A stretch of DNA of 64,000 bases from positions 12,497 through 76,496 of the IMG/VR virus record IMGVR_UViG_3300013132_002633; one strand, given 5' to 3'. Positions 36,526-47,403 of this stretch are shown one piece after another. Under the pieces are notes generated by a model. That model made no database searches. It saw only the letters and a list, made by a program, of their open reading frames with translations, and was not told the origin of the DNA. Each line of letters begins with the position of its first letter. Positions within the stretch are counted from its first letter, which is position 1. Both the position numbers and the translations under genes were made by a program. Origin of the DNA: a virus.

Positions 36526-37347
36526 TTATTTTAAAACATCATTATAATTCTTTTCCCATAAGTCTGGAAAAGGAGCCTTTTTACAATTCATATTGTCTGA
36601 CGAATTAAATTTAACAATGTCATTTGAACATAAAATTAAATTTTTATTAAAGAATGCCGCACTTATACTAAAAGTGCTACCGGCTACGATTAACATATCG
36701 GCGTGAACCAATGCATTATAGTCATTTATAAAATTAAAACCATCCGAATTATGTATTGTCAAATTTTCATTTTTTATATGAGATAAACCAGAATCGCCCC
36801 AACAAAAAATATGAATTTTTGAAGCTGGATATTTGACAAACAACGTCTCTAACATTTTTTCATAAAAACCAGAATCTATCCATCGATGTTTATCATTCAC
36901 ATTAGTATCTTGGCCACGACGCATATGTATGCATATATTGTGATAATCCTGAAAAAAATCAGGTTTAGGCATCGGCCAAGAATCTTGCAACTTTCTGTGA
37001 TGATCGTTCAAAAAACTTTCTTGTGTGACACAGGCATAAGGCAATTGTATTTGTATGCAAGATTCTAATTTATTTCTTAAAGATATGTGTTTTACATTTA
37101 AATTAGTCATTATTTTGTTCAACAAAACATTCGAGTCAATCGTTCTCTCTCTCAAAGTTCCTACATTTTTTAAAGTAATTGGCGACAGATTGGAATAATA
37201 ATATTTTTTATTAACATGCATTGTAGCCAGATATCCAATAATAGTGGCATACATTTGTGATCCAAAACCATCTTTACCCCGATTTATGGTGATTGATGCG
37301 TAATTATTTACTATTTTTTTAAACGATTCAAAGTCATTGATAAACAT
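36526..37347 (-). CDS. Fucosyltransferase-like protein (GT11-like)
   Basis: DGFGSQ, ICIHMRRG, DYNALVHAD....STFS. Confidence 0.65.
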   Translation of the reverse strand: MFINDFESFKKIVNNYASITINRGKDGFGSQMYATIIGYLATMHVNKKYYYSNLSPITLKNVGTLRERTIDSNVLLNKIMTNLNVKHISLRNKLESCIQIQLPYACVTQESFLNDHHRKLQDSWPMPKPDFFQDYHNICIHMRRGQDTNVNDKHRWIDSGFYEKMLETLFVKYPASKIHIFCWGDSGLSHIKNENLTIHNSDGFNFINDYNALVHADMLIVAGSTFSISAAFFNKNLILCSNDIVKFNSSDNMNCKKAPFPDLWEKNYNDVLK

Positions 37348-37394
37348 ATAACAAGTTTTTAAAAATTTGTGTCTATATATATATTTTTATAGTT

Positions 37395-38234
37395 ATGGAA
37401 AATATTATTTTACCTGTTTTATTTGCGGGTTTTGGTAACAAATTAGGATCATTATTTAGCGGTCTGGTTTTATCAAGAAGATTAAATAAGAAACTTTTAA
37501 TATTAAATGTAAATAGTAATGTCGGAAATTTAGATTTAAATTCAATTTTTGAGTTTAATTATCCGATTAAAAACTTTACATCTTTTAAAGAAATTGATGA
37601 TATAATTGACCTATCATTTCCGATTTTTACAACAAAGTCATTTGATTTTAGAAGAAAATGTATACCATACGAATCGTTTGATATTCGCAAATCACCAGAT
37701 AGTTTTTTATATTTGTGTCACAAAGCAATGGATATGTCTCCAAATAATTTGAACATATTTTTAAATACGTTTAAAATAAAGTCCGACGTTAAATCTAAAA
37801 TTAATGAATTTGCAAATGCACATGGTTTAAATAAAAATGTATATGGTTTACACATACGAGCTTCTGATTTTCCAGAACGAAACAATAATATTGAACGTGC
37901 TAGGAAGTTTATAGAGTTAAATCAAAATAAAAAAATTTTGATATGTACAGATGAAAAACAAGTAGAAGAAGATCTATCTATCTACAAAAATGTAATATTT
38001 AGACAAAAAAACTCGTATACCGAAAAATTAAACCCGAATATTAATTGGAATGTTAAATACTTTGATCAAAAATACAATAGTACAAATTATAATTCTTTAA
38101 GAGATAATCAGTGTAGTGTAGACGCATTTATAGATATGATATTACTTTCTAAAACAAATCTATCTGGTAATGTCAATAACGGAAGTACATTTTATAAATG
38201 GTGCGAACATTTTTCAAACGTCAATATTAATTGA
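37395..38234 (+). CDS. NodZ/O-fucosyltransferase-like protein
   Basis: AGFGNKL, GLHIRASD, ICTDE, DMILLSKT, STF. Confidence 0.7.
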   Translation: MENIILPVLFAGFGNKLGSLFSGLVLSRRLNKKLLILNVNSNVGNLDLNSIFEFNYPIKNFTSFKEIDDIIDLSFPIFTTKSFDFRRKCIPYESFDIRKSPDSFLYLCHKAMDMSPNNLNIFLNTFKIKSDVKSKINEFANAHGLNKNVYGLHIRASDFPERNNNIERARKFIELNQNKKILICTDEKQVEEDLSIYKNVIFRQKNSYTEKLNPNINWNVKYFDQKYNSTNYNSLRDNQCSVDAFIDMILLSKTNLSGNVNNGSTFYKWCEHFSNVNIN

Positions 38235-39000
38235 ATAATTTATTATAAGTTTTTTCCATCCAATGGTGAACATTGCCTCCATATCCGGAACTATCTGGAA
38301 TTCCATTAAAATGATATACCCATCCGAATTTTGTAAATGGTAAATCATCATATAATCCTTCGGTCAGATGTAATCCCATCATGTTAAATTCGTATGGTAA
38401 TATATTTACATCAATATTTCTCATTTGTAATAAGAAATTCATTGGGGTTTGATCTGTACCAAGTTTAATTGTAGATTCCAAACCATATATCTTCTCTCGG
38501 TTTTCCAAATAAAATTGTTTTAAATAATCTAAATGTTCTCTATGTGATTCATTAAATATTTGAAAACCACCATTTATATATTTCCAGATGTCTAACTTAT
38601 AATCATTAAACAGATATTTACTATAACATTCGGTACTACGAATTACCCATTCATATACAACACCATCGTGTACCCCCGTATATTTGTTGTTGGTCATTTC
38701 AAAGAAATTTGGACAATTTGGATGTACAATCGTATCTGCATCAACGATTAACACTTGATTGTATTTGATATCACTTTGTTCTAATAAATCCAATGCATAA
38801 TAACGTTGCCATGCTAAACTGGTAATGTTGGTATCCATCAAAGGCTGGTCCAATACAACCACTTGACAATCGTGTTGTTTAGCAAAATGTTTCCAACTAT
38901 TTATGCTATATTCATAGATTTTATTGATTAGAGGCGTACTACGAAGTTTCTTTTCTTTATTTGAAGAAACAACGGCTGGTATTAATATAATATTTTTCAT
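38227..39000 (-). CDS. GT-A glycosyltransferase (GT8/GT34-like)
   Basis: VDADT (DxD), YINGG, DQT..N, LPYEFN, YHFNG. Confidence 0.75.
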   Translation of the reverse strand: MKNIILIPAVVSSNKEKKLRSTPLINKIYEYSINSWKHFAKQHDCQVVVLDQPLMDTNITSLAWQRYYALDLLEQSDIKYNQVLIVDADTIVHPNCPNFFEMTNNKYTGVHDGVVYEWVIRSTECYSKYLFNDYKLDIWKYINGGFQIFNESHREHLDYLKQFYLENREKIYGLESTIKLGTDQTPMNFLLQMRNIDVNILPYEFNMMGLHLTEGLYDDLPFTKFGWVYHFNGIPDSSGYGGNVHHWMEKTYNKLFN

Positions 39001-39758
39001 TTGTATTGTTGTTTTATGTTACTCCAGACTTCGTTGATTAGATTATTTCTATCTACAATTGGTATACCCGTAAAGTGACAAATGTAACCATATTTAAATA
39101 AGAACGTTGTTTTATCATCCAATTTATCATTATGCCACAACATTCCCTTTTTCACCATACCCACCGTATTCCAACAATAAGGTAGTGTTTTTCTTTTTAC
39201 ACCTTCTTTAACCAAGAACAAATTTAAAATTGTTTGTTCTTTGCCAACGCCGGGAATACTCCAGTTATCCATAGTTTCCTTGTTATCCAAATAAAACTTC
39301 TTCAATTTGTCAAACAAAGGTTTATGAGATTTATGAAAGAACAATACACCACCATTGATATATTGAGATAATGTCATCGGTACAGCAGACAATTCCGTAA
39401 ATGATGATCTAAAAGCCTTAAGACTCTTGTCTATCCACTGAATTGACACGTTATCTAATACTCCGCAGAATTCATCATCATATAAATCAAAAATATTAGG
39501 AGCATCCCATTTGACCATAGTGTCAAAGTCAACCACACCAATCTTTTCGTAGTTGTCTCCAACATAATCAAAAACAAACTCTTTGTGCCAAACACTATAT
39601 TTTACGTCCGGTCGTTTGCTTCTAACTACATAAAAGTCAATATTATGCTTATCACAATAATATTGCCAACTATTGATAGTATGTTCAAAATAAGTCTTAT
39701 GAGAATGTTTTGATAATTCATCCTCAATAGCTACCATCATTATACAATTCTTAGCCAT
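38997..39758 (-). CDS. GT-A glycosyltransferase (GT8/GT34-like), tandem paralog
   Basis: VDFDT, YINGG, EQT..N, LPYCWN, CHFTG. Confidence 0.75.
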   Translation of the reverse strand: MAKNCIMMVAIEDELSKHSHKTYFEHTINSWQYYCDKHNIDFYVVRSKRPDVKYSVWHKEFVFDYVGDNYEKIGVVDFDTMVKWDAPNIFDLYDDEFCGVLDNVSIQWIDKSLKAFRSSFTELSAVPMTLSQYINGGVLFFHKSHKPLFDKLKKFYLDNKETMDNWSIPGVGKEQTILNLFLVKEGVKRKTLPYCWNTVGMVKKGMLWHNDKLDDKTTFLFKYGYICHFTGIPIVDRNNLINEVWSNIKQQYK

Positions 39759-40557
39759 TGCGTTTTACCATTTGTTCGTTACTTGATAATACTGTCTTTA
39801 GAATAGAAAGATCTACGCCGATCTTGTCACCATATCCAACCACAGCCTTTGTATCTTTTGGTAAACACTTGCCACCAAATCCACGTTCGTTGGCAAATAC
39901 GGCTGTATGAGACTTATTGGTTCTTGGATCCAACAACCATAGATCACGTACTTCACTCCAATGTGTACCACTCTTTTCACACAAATCGTATAGTTCATTT
40001 ACAAATGCAACCTTCATTGCAAAGTACGTGTTTTCTACATATTTGGTAATTTCCGCACTGATACTATCTGTAACTCTATAGGTTTTGCTTGGACCTGTAA
40101 TAGGCATATAAATATCTACCAATCGATGGCCAACCGATTTATTGTCAGCACCAAAGATGAAGAATGGAGTTTGTTTAACATCGGTAGTAAAACCTTGTGG
40201 AGTCCAATACTTTGATTCTCCAGCAAATTCTGGACTGAATACGATGTTTTTATTATACTTCTCAATCAATTTACGAGTGGTACCAATTTCAATGGTTGAC
40301 TTGATAAGAATAATAGGATTGGTCATCCATGATACAGATTCTTCCACAATGCTTGTGTCGCAACTACCATCAGTATTTGATGGTGTTGGTACGCAAACCA
40401 CACCCAATTCACATTGGTTAATTTCCTCTTTCGATACTGAGTTAGGATATAGTGGATCACGAATTACCACTTCATAATGATCTTTGAAGAATGCATGAAA
40501 TGCTTTACCTACATAACCATAACCAACGATACCGATTTTAATTTTTGATTTGATCAT
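39751..40557 (-). CDS. UDP-glucose/GDP-mannose 6-dehydrogenase, short form
   Basis: GIVGYGYVG, VCVPTP, IKST, SPEF, KYVEN, GFGGKCLPKD. Confidence 0.85.
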   Translation of the reverse strand: MIKSKIKIGIVGYGYVGKAFHAFFKDHYEVVIRDPLYPNSVSKEEINQCELGVVCVPTPSNTDGSCDTSIVEESVSWMTNPIILIKSTIEIGTTRKLIEKYNKNIVFSPEFAGESKYWTPQGFTTDVKQTPFFIFGADNKSVGHRLVDIYMPITGPSKTYRVTDSISAEITKYVENTYFAMKVAFVNELYDLCEKSGTHWSEVRDLWLLDPRTNKSHTAVFANERGFGGKCLPKDTKAVVGYGDKIGVDLSILKTVLSSNEQMVKRNG

Positions 40558-41485
40558 AGATTTTATTAAAGTTTTCCAACCATTTTTGCTCTGTATAATA
40601 TATTTGATATAATTCTCTAGATTGTTCTGAACACAAATTATAAAAAGAAATGTCTGTTTTAAGTTTATTTGCTAGTTTTTTCGATTGTTCAATATCACCA
40701 ATATCCACTGATAACTCTGGATGTAATATTTGTTGTGTATCTAATCCTTTATATCCTATACATGGTATACCCAAATAAGCGCAGTTTAGTGCGAATGTAC
40801 CAGCTGCATGTGTACGCATCAAATGTATACCCACATTAAAATTGGCAAGGGCTTTAATCCATTCGTTCCACATCATATATGGTAAATGATGTAGATTTGG
40901 AAATTGGTCTTCATTTTCTATCTTTCTACCCATACTTGGAATAAAGATAGGTTTATAAAATGTTTGTGCTACAAAGTAACTATCGACTCCACCATACCAA
41001 CTACAGAAATTACCTCCTATAATAGGCATACCATTGTTATCTCTATCTACATCTTTGATAGTATCTTCGATCATTAATGATTGTAGATTATATGTTGGTT
41101 TATTGAATATGCCTTTAAAGTATGGAATATCACTCTTGTTGTGAGTCAACAAGAAGTCCATCTCGCTTAGAAAATTTATATAATTAACTTGATCAACGTA
41201 TTTGTAATCTTGATAATACCAAGCTGGTCCTTCCTGCATGGTTGTTATCTTCTTACCCCGAGATTTTATACTTTCTAACAATATGTTTGTATCGACCAAT
41301 TCTAATTTCTTGGGTAATATAACAATTATCAAATCATAGTTCTCTTTGGTTGATTGTAACCAATCTTGAAAGCTGTAATGGTCTGCATTTAATGCGATCT
41401 GCCATGCAAATTCAGTACGGCAGTTGGGGAAACTTCTATGTACTTTATCACGATGGCCATTTTGACTGATAAAACAAATGTTCAT
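40538..41485 (-). CDS. Putative GT-B glycosyltransferase
   Basis: AGTFALNCAYLGIPCIG; likely start MNICF at 41485. Confidence 0.65.
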   Translation of the reverse strand: MNICFISQNGHRDKVHRSFPNCRTEFAWQIALNADHYSFQDWLQSTKENYDLIIVILPKKLELVDTNILLESIKSRGKKITTMQEGPAWYYQDYKYVDQVNYINFLSEMDFLLTHNKSDIPYFKGIFNKPTYNLQSLMIEDTIKDVDRDNNGMPIIGGNFCSWYGGVDSYFVAQTFYKPIFIPSMGRKIENEDQFPNLHHLPYMMWNEWIKALANFNVGIHLMRTHAAGTFALNCAYLGIPCIGYKGLDTQQILHPELSVDIGDIEQSKKLANKLKTDISFYNLCSEQSRELYQIYYTEQKWLENFNKIYDQIKN

Positions 41486-42048
41486 ACTTCTACGCAAATC
41501 ACTCCTTCCCAATCATATAGTTTTCTGGTGAAAGACTCTTCATCACTATAACCAATCTTTTTTATTGGTTTTATAACATTACGATCAAATAGATCATTAA
41601 TTGAGTTAATAATTTCTGGATATGCACCCACATCGTCAAAGATGAAGTACTTCTTACCGTCTGATTTCAACTTTAGGGCGTTATATACATCCATTTGGAT
41701 GGCATCGTAGGTGTGGAGAGCATCCACCATAATTACATCGGCAGTATCAACAGGAAGACCATCTTTGTATACGTCTTGGCCAAAGAACTTTACGTTGGTT
41801 CTGCCATTACGTTTACAGAATTCATCCGCTTTATCAAATTCCTTTTCGTTGATACCATAGACTTGTTTAAATAAGAAACTTAGAATAAATGTGGTATAAC
41901 CCAAGTTTGATCCAATTTCCAATCCAACTTTGTTCTTAAACTCTGGTTTATCAAAAAATTCAAAAACATCACGCTTGAACTTCTTTGAAGTGGTTGTTTT
42001 GTGTTCAAATTTATCTGGTACAAGATTTAGTATTTCATCTATTGTCAT
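41482..42048 (-). CDS. Class I SAM methyltransferase
   Basis: LEIGSNLGYTT, MVDALHTY, IFDD. Confidence 0.8.
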   Translation of the reverse strand: MTIDEILNLVPDKFEHKTTTSKKFKRDVFEFFDKPEFKNKVGLEIGSNLGYTTFILSFLFKQVYGINEKEFDKADEFCKRNGRTNVKFFGQDVYKDGLPVDTADVIMVDALHTYDAIQMDVYNALKLKSDGKKYFIFDDVGAYPEIINSINDLFDRNVIKPIKKIGYSDEESFTRKLYDWEGVICVEV

Positions 42049-43052
42049 AATTTGCCGAGTACGTCTTTAAATGTATAAAATTTGTTTTGAGAGTTTAATA
42101 TATTGTGTAGATTAAACTTTGAGTGTTGATCCAATATTTGTGACCACTTACCCTTCTTATCACCACAGAATCCTCTGGGGTTATCTTCATTTAGTATATA
42201 TAAACGTTTATTTGGATGTCTTCTAGCATGAACTTTGAGTATATTCTTCACAACAAATTGAATAAATTTATCTCCCATGATTTGTTTGGATATAACTCCA
42301 ATACTAGAATCATCTCCATATAGTAATAAACTATGTGGTAGATTTACACCAGACTTAACCAGATCCGATGATAATACTAAACAACTACCATCAATCTTTG
42401 GTTGAGACAAAGCTCTTATATCAAATTCCGTAGTTTTTGCATTTATACTATTCATTTCTTCTATGGAAAGACTAGATTTTGCATAGTTCTTGTTGTCTAC
42501 TTGATCTGGTGTATCAACGAACTTAATGTTTTCATAATCAACGTGTTCTGTAACCTTCCATGTATCATCCCACATCTTACGATCCGCAAAACTTAATATG
42601 TATTTGTGTATGTTGGCATTTTGACCATATTGAGCAACACTTTCGATTACATTAAAAGCTTCTTTTGGAAAGAAACTATCGGTTTCACCCCACATGACAT
42701 AATCTACTTTGGTACAATAGTTGTAATTCAAATCTCTTCTGTAGTCTGCTACATTATAAATGTCTTCGTTATCTGTCTTTAATTTGATTACGATGTTATC
42801 TTTAGGTACATTGATATCATATAACATTTGTATACCCTCGTAAAATTTATCATACAATCTGTGAATTTCAATTTTACTAGTGTCAATTTTTTCAAAGTAT
42901 TGAGATGTATTAAAACAAAAATGAAGATATATGTTTTCTTTGTTAGAAACGGGTTCGATTAGATTAATCAATCCACCAATAAATTCTTTGTAAATTTCTA
43001 TCTCATAGAACATTACATGTGTGCCTATAACATATGTTTTTGATAGTTTCAT
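42045..43052 (-). CDS. Putative GT2-like glycosyltransferase
   Basis: YVMWGETD, DGSCLV, GDD; island context. Confidence 0.5.
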   Translation of the reverse strand: MKLSKTYVIGTHVMFYEIEIYKEFIGGLINLIEPVSNKENIYLHFCFNTSQYFEKIDTSKIEIHRLYDKFYEGIQMLYDINVPKDNIVIKLKTDNEDIYNVADYRRDLNYNYCTKVDYVMWGETDSFFPKEAFNVIESVAQYGQNANIHKYILSFADRKMWDDTWKVTEHVDYENIKFVDTPDQVDNKNYAKSSLSIEEMNSINAKTTEFDIRALSQPKIDGSCLVLSSDLVKSGVNLPHSLLLYGDDSSIGVISKQIMGDKFIQFVVKNILKVHARRHPNKRLYILNEDNPRGFCGDKKGKWSQILDQHSKFNLHNILNSQNKFYTFKDVLGKL

Positions 43053-44047
43053 TCTAGAATATTTTTGATTACATGGTTTACAATATAGTTGTCAGACGAT
43101 TTATGGAAAAATACTTCTCGTTGATGATTTAATAAATCCAACATATAATTGTAGTTCGATAATGCAAAATCTACAACTTCTTTTATATTTGAATAATCGG
43201 ATTCACAATCCATGCTCATACCACCACCATAAACAAATGGGGTACTTTTAACGCAATCAATATTTGGTTTTATAATAGGTGTACCTGTAACTAAACACTC
43301 TACTTCTCTGATATTGACTTCACCATAACCAAATGGAGATATACACAATTTGCTATTGTATAACACTTGCATATATTTTTCTTTATCAATCTTACCAGTT
43401 TTTTCTGTGGTGATTAAGTTAACTTTTAATTTATTAACTTCTTCAAATAGTTTTCTACGAGGACCATTATAGTGTTCGTCTACTCTAATACCATGTTCAT
43501 AGTTTTCACCACATAATCCTACCATGACTGCAACGTCATATTGTTTATTATTACTGGGAGTTGGTAATGGTAATTTGTTTCCAAATGTATTCAACCAGTT
43601 GGTACCACTATGAACCAATTTATCATTCAAAAGACTAACATCAGATATATCAATATTATAACCATCTACACTTTCACCCCAGAACCAACGACCATTAGGA
43701 TAACGTTTGGTATATAATGAATAATCTTTTAATACTACGTTTTTTGCTAGTCTATAACCAGGTACATTTTTGAATACGTCCCATACACCCATTAATGATG
43801 ATGAATCCTGTCCATCAAACAAAATATATGGTGCGTCTAAATTTTCAAGAAATTTGGTACCTTTATCAATTGATTCGTTTAAACTTACTTTTTTATCAAC
43901 AACGGATGCTTGACCAACCCAATAGATATCTGGGTTAGTATTGACAAATTCAATACCATACTCATTAAATGTTTTTAATGCGCCTAGATATGGTCTAAAT
44001 GTGGTTTCATTGCGATGCTTATTTAATTCTAATATTTGAATTTTCAT
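43049..44047 (-). CDS. Putative GT-B glycosyltransferase
   Basis: SKLCISPFGYGEVNIREVE....G.PIIKP. Confidence 0.65.
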   Translation of the reverse strand: MKIQILELNKHRNETTFRPYLGALKTFNEYGIEFVNTNPDIYWVGQASVVDKKVSLNESIDKGTKFLENLDAPYILFDGQDSSSLMGVWDVFKNVPGYRLAKNVVLKDYSLYTKRYPNGRWFWGESVDGYNIDISDVSLLNDKLVHSGTNWLNTFGNKLPLPTPSNNKQYDVAVMVGLCGENYEHGIRVDEHYNGPRRKLFEEVNKLKVNLITTEKTGKIDKEKYMQVLYNSKLCISPFGYGEVNIREVECLVTGTPIIKPNIDCVKSTPFVYGGGMSMDCESDYSNIKEVVDFALSNYNYMLDLLNHQREVFFHKSSDNYIVNHVIKNILE

Positions 44048-44715
44048 CGTTTTTCAATTAACACTTGCCATTCTTTAATAAACATATTGTATTTACCCTC
44101 ATAACATTTCAGAAATGCGTCAATACCATATCTACAATTACCCCAACCATAGTCATCGAATAACAACAAACCACCACTTTTTAACAATTCAAAACTAATA
44201 CATGATTCGTACATTACATAATCTGGATCATGACAACCATCTAAATAAATGAAATCAAATTTATTTTTTGGTTGATCCCCGACAAACTTTGATCCTAAAG
44301 TTCCACCATATAATTTGCGAAAAAACTCTTTTGAATCGGTCACATAAAACTCACATTTGTTCTTATCTATATAGGGCTGTAGGTTTTGTGTTAAAGTTAA
44401 CGATAACGATTCTCCAAAATCAAATGATAGACTACCTTTTTTATAACTGCGTACATCTTCAATATCGACCGTAATGATCTTGGAATTTGGTTGGGTTAGA
44501 ACATTTTCTAACATCCACACCGAGGATCTACCATGTCCAGTACCAATTTCTAAAAACAATAAATTTTCTTGATCTAAAAATCTTGTGAAGTATGAACTCC
44601 ATACGGGAATATTTAATGTGAAATCATCTTTTGGACTAAAGAAATGATCTGGATAAGTATAATAGTTGTGTTTTACGTAATCTCCGTATTTAGCCCGTAG
44701 TTCTTTATTAGTCAT
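44044..44715 (-). CDS. Class I SAM methyltransferase
   Basis: LEIGTGHGRS, FDFIYLDGCH, LKSGGLLLFDDY. Confidence 0.85.
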   Translation of the reverse strand: MTNKELRAKYGDYVKHNYYTYPDHFFSPKDDFTLNIPVWSSYFTRFLDQENLLFLEIGTGHGRSSVWMLENVLTQPNSKIITVDIEDVRSYKKGSLSFDFGESLSLTLTQNLQPYIDKNKCEFYVTDSKEFFRKLYGGTLGSKFVGDQPKNKFDFIYLDGCHDPDYVMYESCISFELLKSGGLLLFDDYGWGNCRYGIDAFLKCYEGKYNMFIKEWQVLIEKR

Positions 44716-44716
44716 A

Positions 44717-45373
44717 TTATTTAACGTTGTAACCTCTATTTTCGTCTTCTGTAAATAGTTTATTGTAATTTACATTTGTCTGCCTCTGTTTTTCGATAGT
44801 TTTTTCATGAATGATTGCATAATCTTTTTGTGGAGGTACAAATGTATAACTCTTAAATCCTTCCACTTTTTCATGTAATCTTCGTTGATATCTAATATGA
44901 GAAGCGTTCAAAAAAATTCTGGACTGGAAATCTGGGTAGTTTATCATTCCATCATATAAATTCCACCCCCATGTCAAAATATCACTGTCAGTTACACCGT
45001 GAAAATAATTCAAACGAGGTAACCATATAACTTCATTATTACTATTTTGTTCTAAAATGAGATCTATATTTTCGATTAAAAGATCGCTTGGATATTCATC
45101 GGCATCAAGTTGAAATATCCAACTGCCTTTGCATAATTCTATGCCATAATTTTTATGTGCGCCATAGTTTTTCTCTAATTTATGTTGATGAAACACTACG
45201 TACTCTTTATATTTTTGTATAATCTCTAGAGTAGTTTGATTATCTGAATAATCATCAAGAAGAATAATTTCATGGTTATCCTTTTTATTTTGTATCAGCT
45301 TAGACAATAGCTTATCTAAGCTGGTTGTTTCATTGTGACACGTAACTAGATATGACAAAAACATGTTAAACAA
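44717..45373 (-). CDS. Glycosyltransferase family 2
   Basis: VTCHNE, DDYSD, WIFQLDADE, PDFQSRIF, LHE. Confidence 0.85.
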   Translation of the reverse strand: MFNMFLSYLVTCHNETTSLDKLLSKLIQNKKDNHEIILLDDYSDNQTTLEIIQKYKEYVVFHQHKLEKNYGAHKNYGIELCKGSWIFQLDADEYPSDLLIENIDLILEQNSNNEVIWLPRLNYFHGVTDSDILTWGWNLYDGMINYPDFQSRIFLNASHIRYQRRLHEKVEGFKSYTFVPPQKDYAIIHEKTIEKQRQTNVNYNKLFTEDENRGYNVK

Positions 45374-46706
45374 TCTTTAGTTTTGGTAATACAATCTTGT
45401 TTTCGTTGGAAGACTGTGGATCAATAGCTTTTAGCTTTGGCAAAACAAATTGATTTTCTACTGCAAATTGAGGTACATACTTATCAAGTATACTCCAAAA
45501 TAATTTATCCATTTCTTTTAAGTTGAATTTAGATTCATTTTCTTGTCTTAATAACTCAGCATTTTTTGTAAATTTATCACTATTTCTAGCAAAATAAATT
45601 TGCTTGAACTTATCTTCAGCAAGTGCATAAGAAACTTTGAACCATTTACTTTCTGGTAGAATCCATTGATTTGCAGATTTTTTGTCAACCTGAGTTAAAT
45701 TGCCGGGTAATAAATTAGCGTATCGTGGATTTAAATAGTCCAAATGACCACTCCAATTTGATGCCAATAATGGTTTGCCGCTTAAAGTTGATAATAACAT
45801 CGGATGTCCAAATCCCTCTCCATGTGTAAATGAAACATGTGATATTATTTTTTCATGGTTTAATAATGAGTTCATTTCAACATCATTTAATTCGCCATGT
45901 AAAACATATACATTCGGACAGTTTTCACCAACACCTTTTCGTATTTTAGAGACTTTATCCAAAATATCATATCTGTCTACAACTGAATAGTTTGCACCAC
46001 TTGTTTTTAATATTAAACAAGGTCGATCATTTATGGGATTGTTTTTGAATGTATTGCAAAAAGTTTTTACTAAATTTCCAATGTCTTTTCTATCGTTATA
46101 CAATCCTCCGTGCGTCCATTGACCAACGAATAAGAAAGCGCTTTTTTCTGATATTTTAGATAAAACATTGTTAACACTTTCAACGATTTCGGATGTCTTT
46201 TTGTATGTATTTGTATCTGCTCCCCAAAAACATACTTCAATTGGTTTTTCAACTTGCACAGGAACTTGTTGACCATTTTCCAACTGTCTAGCCATCTTCG
46301 TTTCTAGGAATATTTTTTTAACATGGTTCGACAATCCAATTGTCAAATTCATCTTATTGATTCCTTCAATCCAACTACCAGGACAAATAGTAGTTTCAAT
46401 TCCTGCGGTCATACCTATATTGTATTTACCCACCGGTTGAAATTCTTCTGGTATTGTTAACTGAATAAATAAATCGGGTTGCTTATTCAGAGGACCCTGG
46501 AGGAATTTGGTTGATAATATTTTATCTTCTGGATCGGTTAAATCTTCAATAAATCGTTTGCTAGGACAATTTCCCCAACGAGTTGGTGCAATCTTAACAT
46601 CAAATTTATTATATCGAATTATAGATTTAGCTATTGTTGTAGCCCAGTCTCCATATCCACTTCGGTTAAACACTGGTCCTGAAATTAAACATGTTGGTTT
46701 ATTCAT
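45366..46706 (-). CDS. Glycosyltransferase family 4-like
   Basis: RSGYG, FLFVGQW, RKD, THGEGFGHP, WSGHLD. Confidence 0.85.
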   Translation of the reverse strand: MNKPTCLISGPVFNRSGYGDWATTIAKSIIRYNKFDVKIAPTRWGNCPSKRFIEDLTDPEDKILSTKFLQGPLNKQPDLFIQLTIPEEFQPVGKYNIGMTAGIETTICPGSWIEGINKMNLTIGLSNHVKKIFLETKMARQLENGQQVPVQVEKPIEVCFWGADTNTYKKTSEIVESVNNVLSKISEKSAFLFVGQWTHGGLYNDRKDIGNLVKTFCNTFKNNPINDRPCLILKTSGANYSVVDRYDILDKVSKIRKGVGENCPNVYVLHGELNDVEMNSLLNHEKIISHVSFTHGEGFGHPMLLSTLSGKPLLASNWSGHLDYLNPRYANLLPGNLTQVDKKSANQWILPESKWFKVSYALAEDKFKQIYFARNSDKFTKNAELLRQENESKFNLKEMDKLFWSILDKYVPQFAVENQFVLPKLKAIDPQSSNENKIVLPKLKIV

Positions 46707-46707
46707 A

Positions 46708-47403
46708 TTATTGATTAAATTGTTGTGAGTCTCTTTCTTTAACTAATTGAGTGTATTTTTTATTTGGCGTTGGTACACCTCCCACTTTATTGTATAACAA
46801 TTCCATGGTAGACATTTGTTTTGCAGCGATTTCAGCTGTATCGGACTTTTTAACATCTGTACTACCAAATCCACCCTCGCCTCTGCTTGTAGAATCCAAT
46901 TCATTTACCAAAATAAATTCGATATTTTCTACCTTTGTTGCCTTGAGTTGACAAATTTTATCTCCATTTTTATAAATTTTGCCAACATTTGGATTTCCAA
47001 CAATGACAGTTTCTCCAGCAAAATCTAAATCTTCTGGTTGCCACTGGTATTTAAAACGAAGTAGCACTTCACCCCGATAATCTGCATCAACCAATCCAAC
47101 ACAATTAGCTAATATTAGATTGTATTTACTAACGCTACTACGAGGAAATGCTAGTATATCATAATCAATCATTTCAACACTTATACCATTCCAAGATTTT
47201 TTTTCTTTTTGAACTGCTAATTTTAGATTGGTTTTATACTGGATATAATCAATACGACGATAACCTCCATTTTCTACTTTTTCACCGATAATTTCTGGTT
47301 CACTCGTAGCAACAACATCATATCCGGTAGCACGTTCAGTACCTTTTTGGGGTAAATTACTTACATCATCGTAAGTCTCATTTTTCAAAACTTGAATTTT
47401 CAT
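46708..47403 (-). CDS. dut: Trimeric dUTPase
   Basis: ATGYDV, PRSS, GLVDADYRGE, GDKICQ, RGEGGFGST. Confidence 0.92.
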   Translation of the reverse strand: MKIQVLKNETYDDVSNLPQKGTERATGYDVVATSEPEIIGEKVENGGYRRIDYIQYKTNLKLAVQKEKKSWNGISVEMIDYDILAFPRSSVSKYNLILANCVGLVDADYRGEVLLRFKYQWQPEDLDFAGETVIVGNPNVGKIYKNGDKICQLKATKVENIEFILVNELDSTSRGEGGFGSTDVKKSDTAEIAAKQMSTMELLYNKVGGVPTPNKKYTQLVKERDSQQFNQ

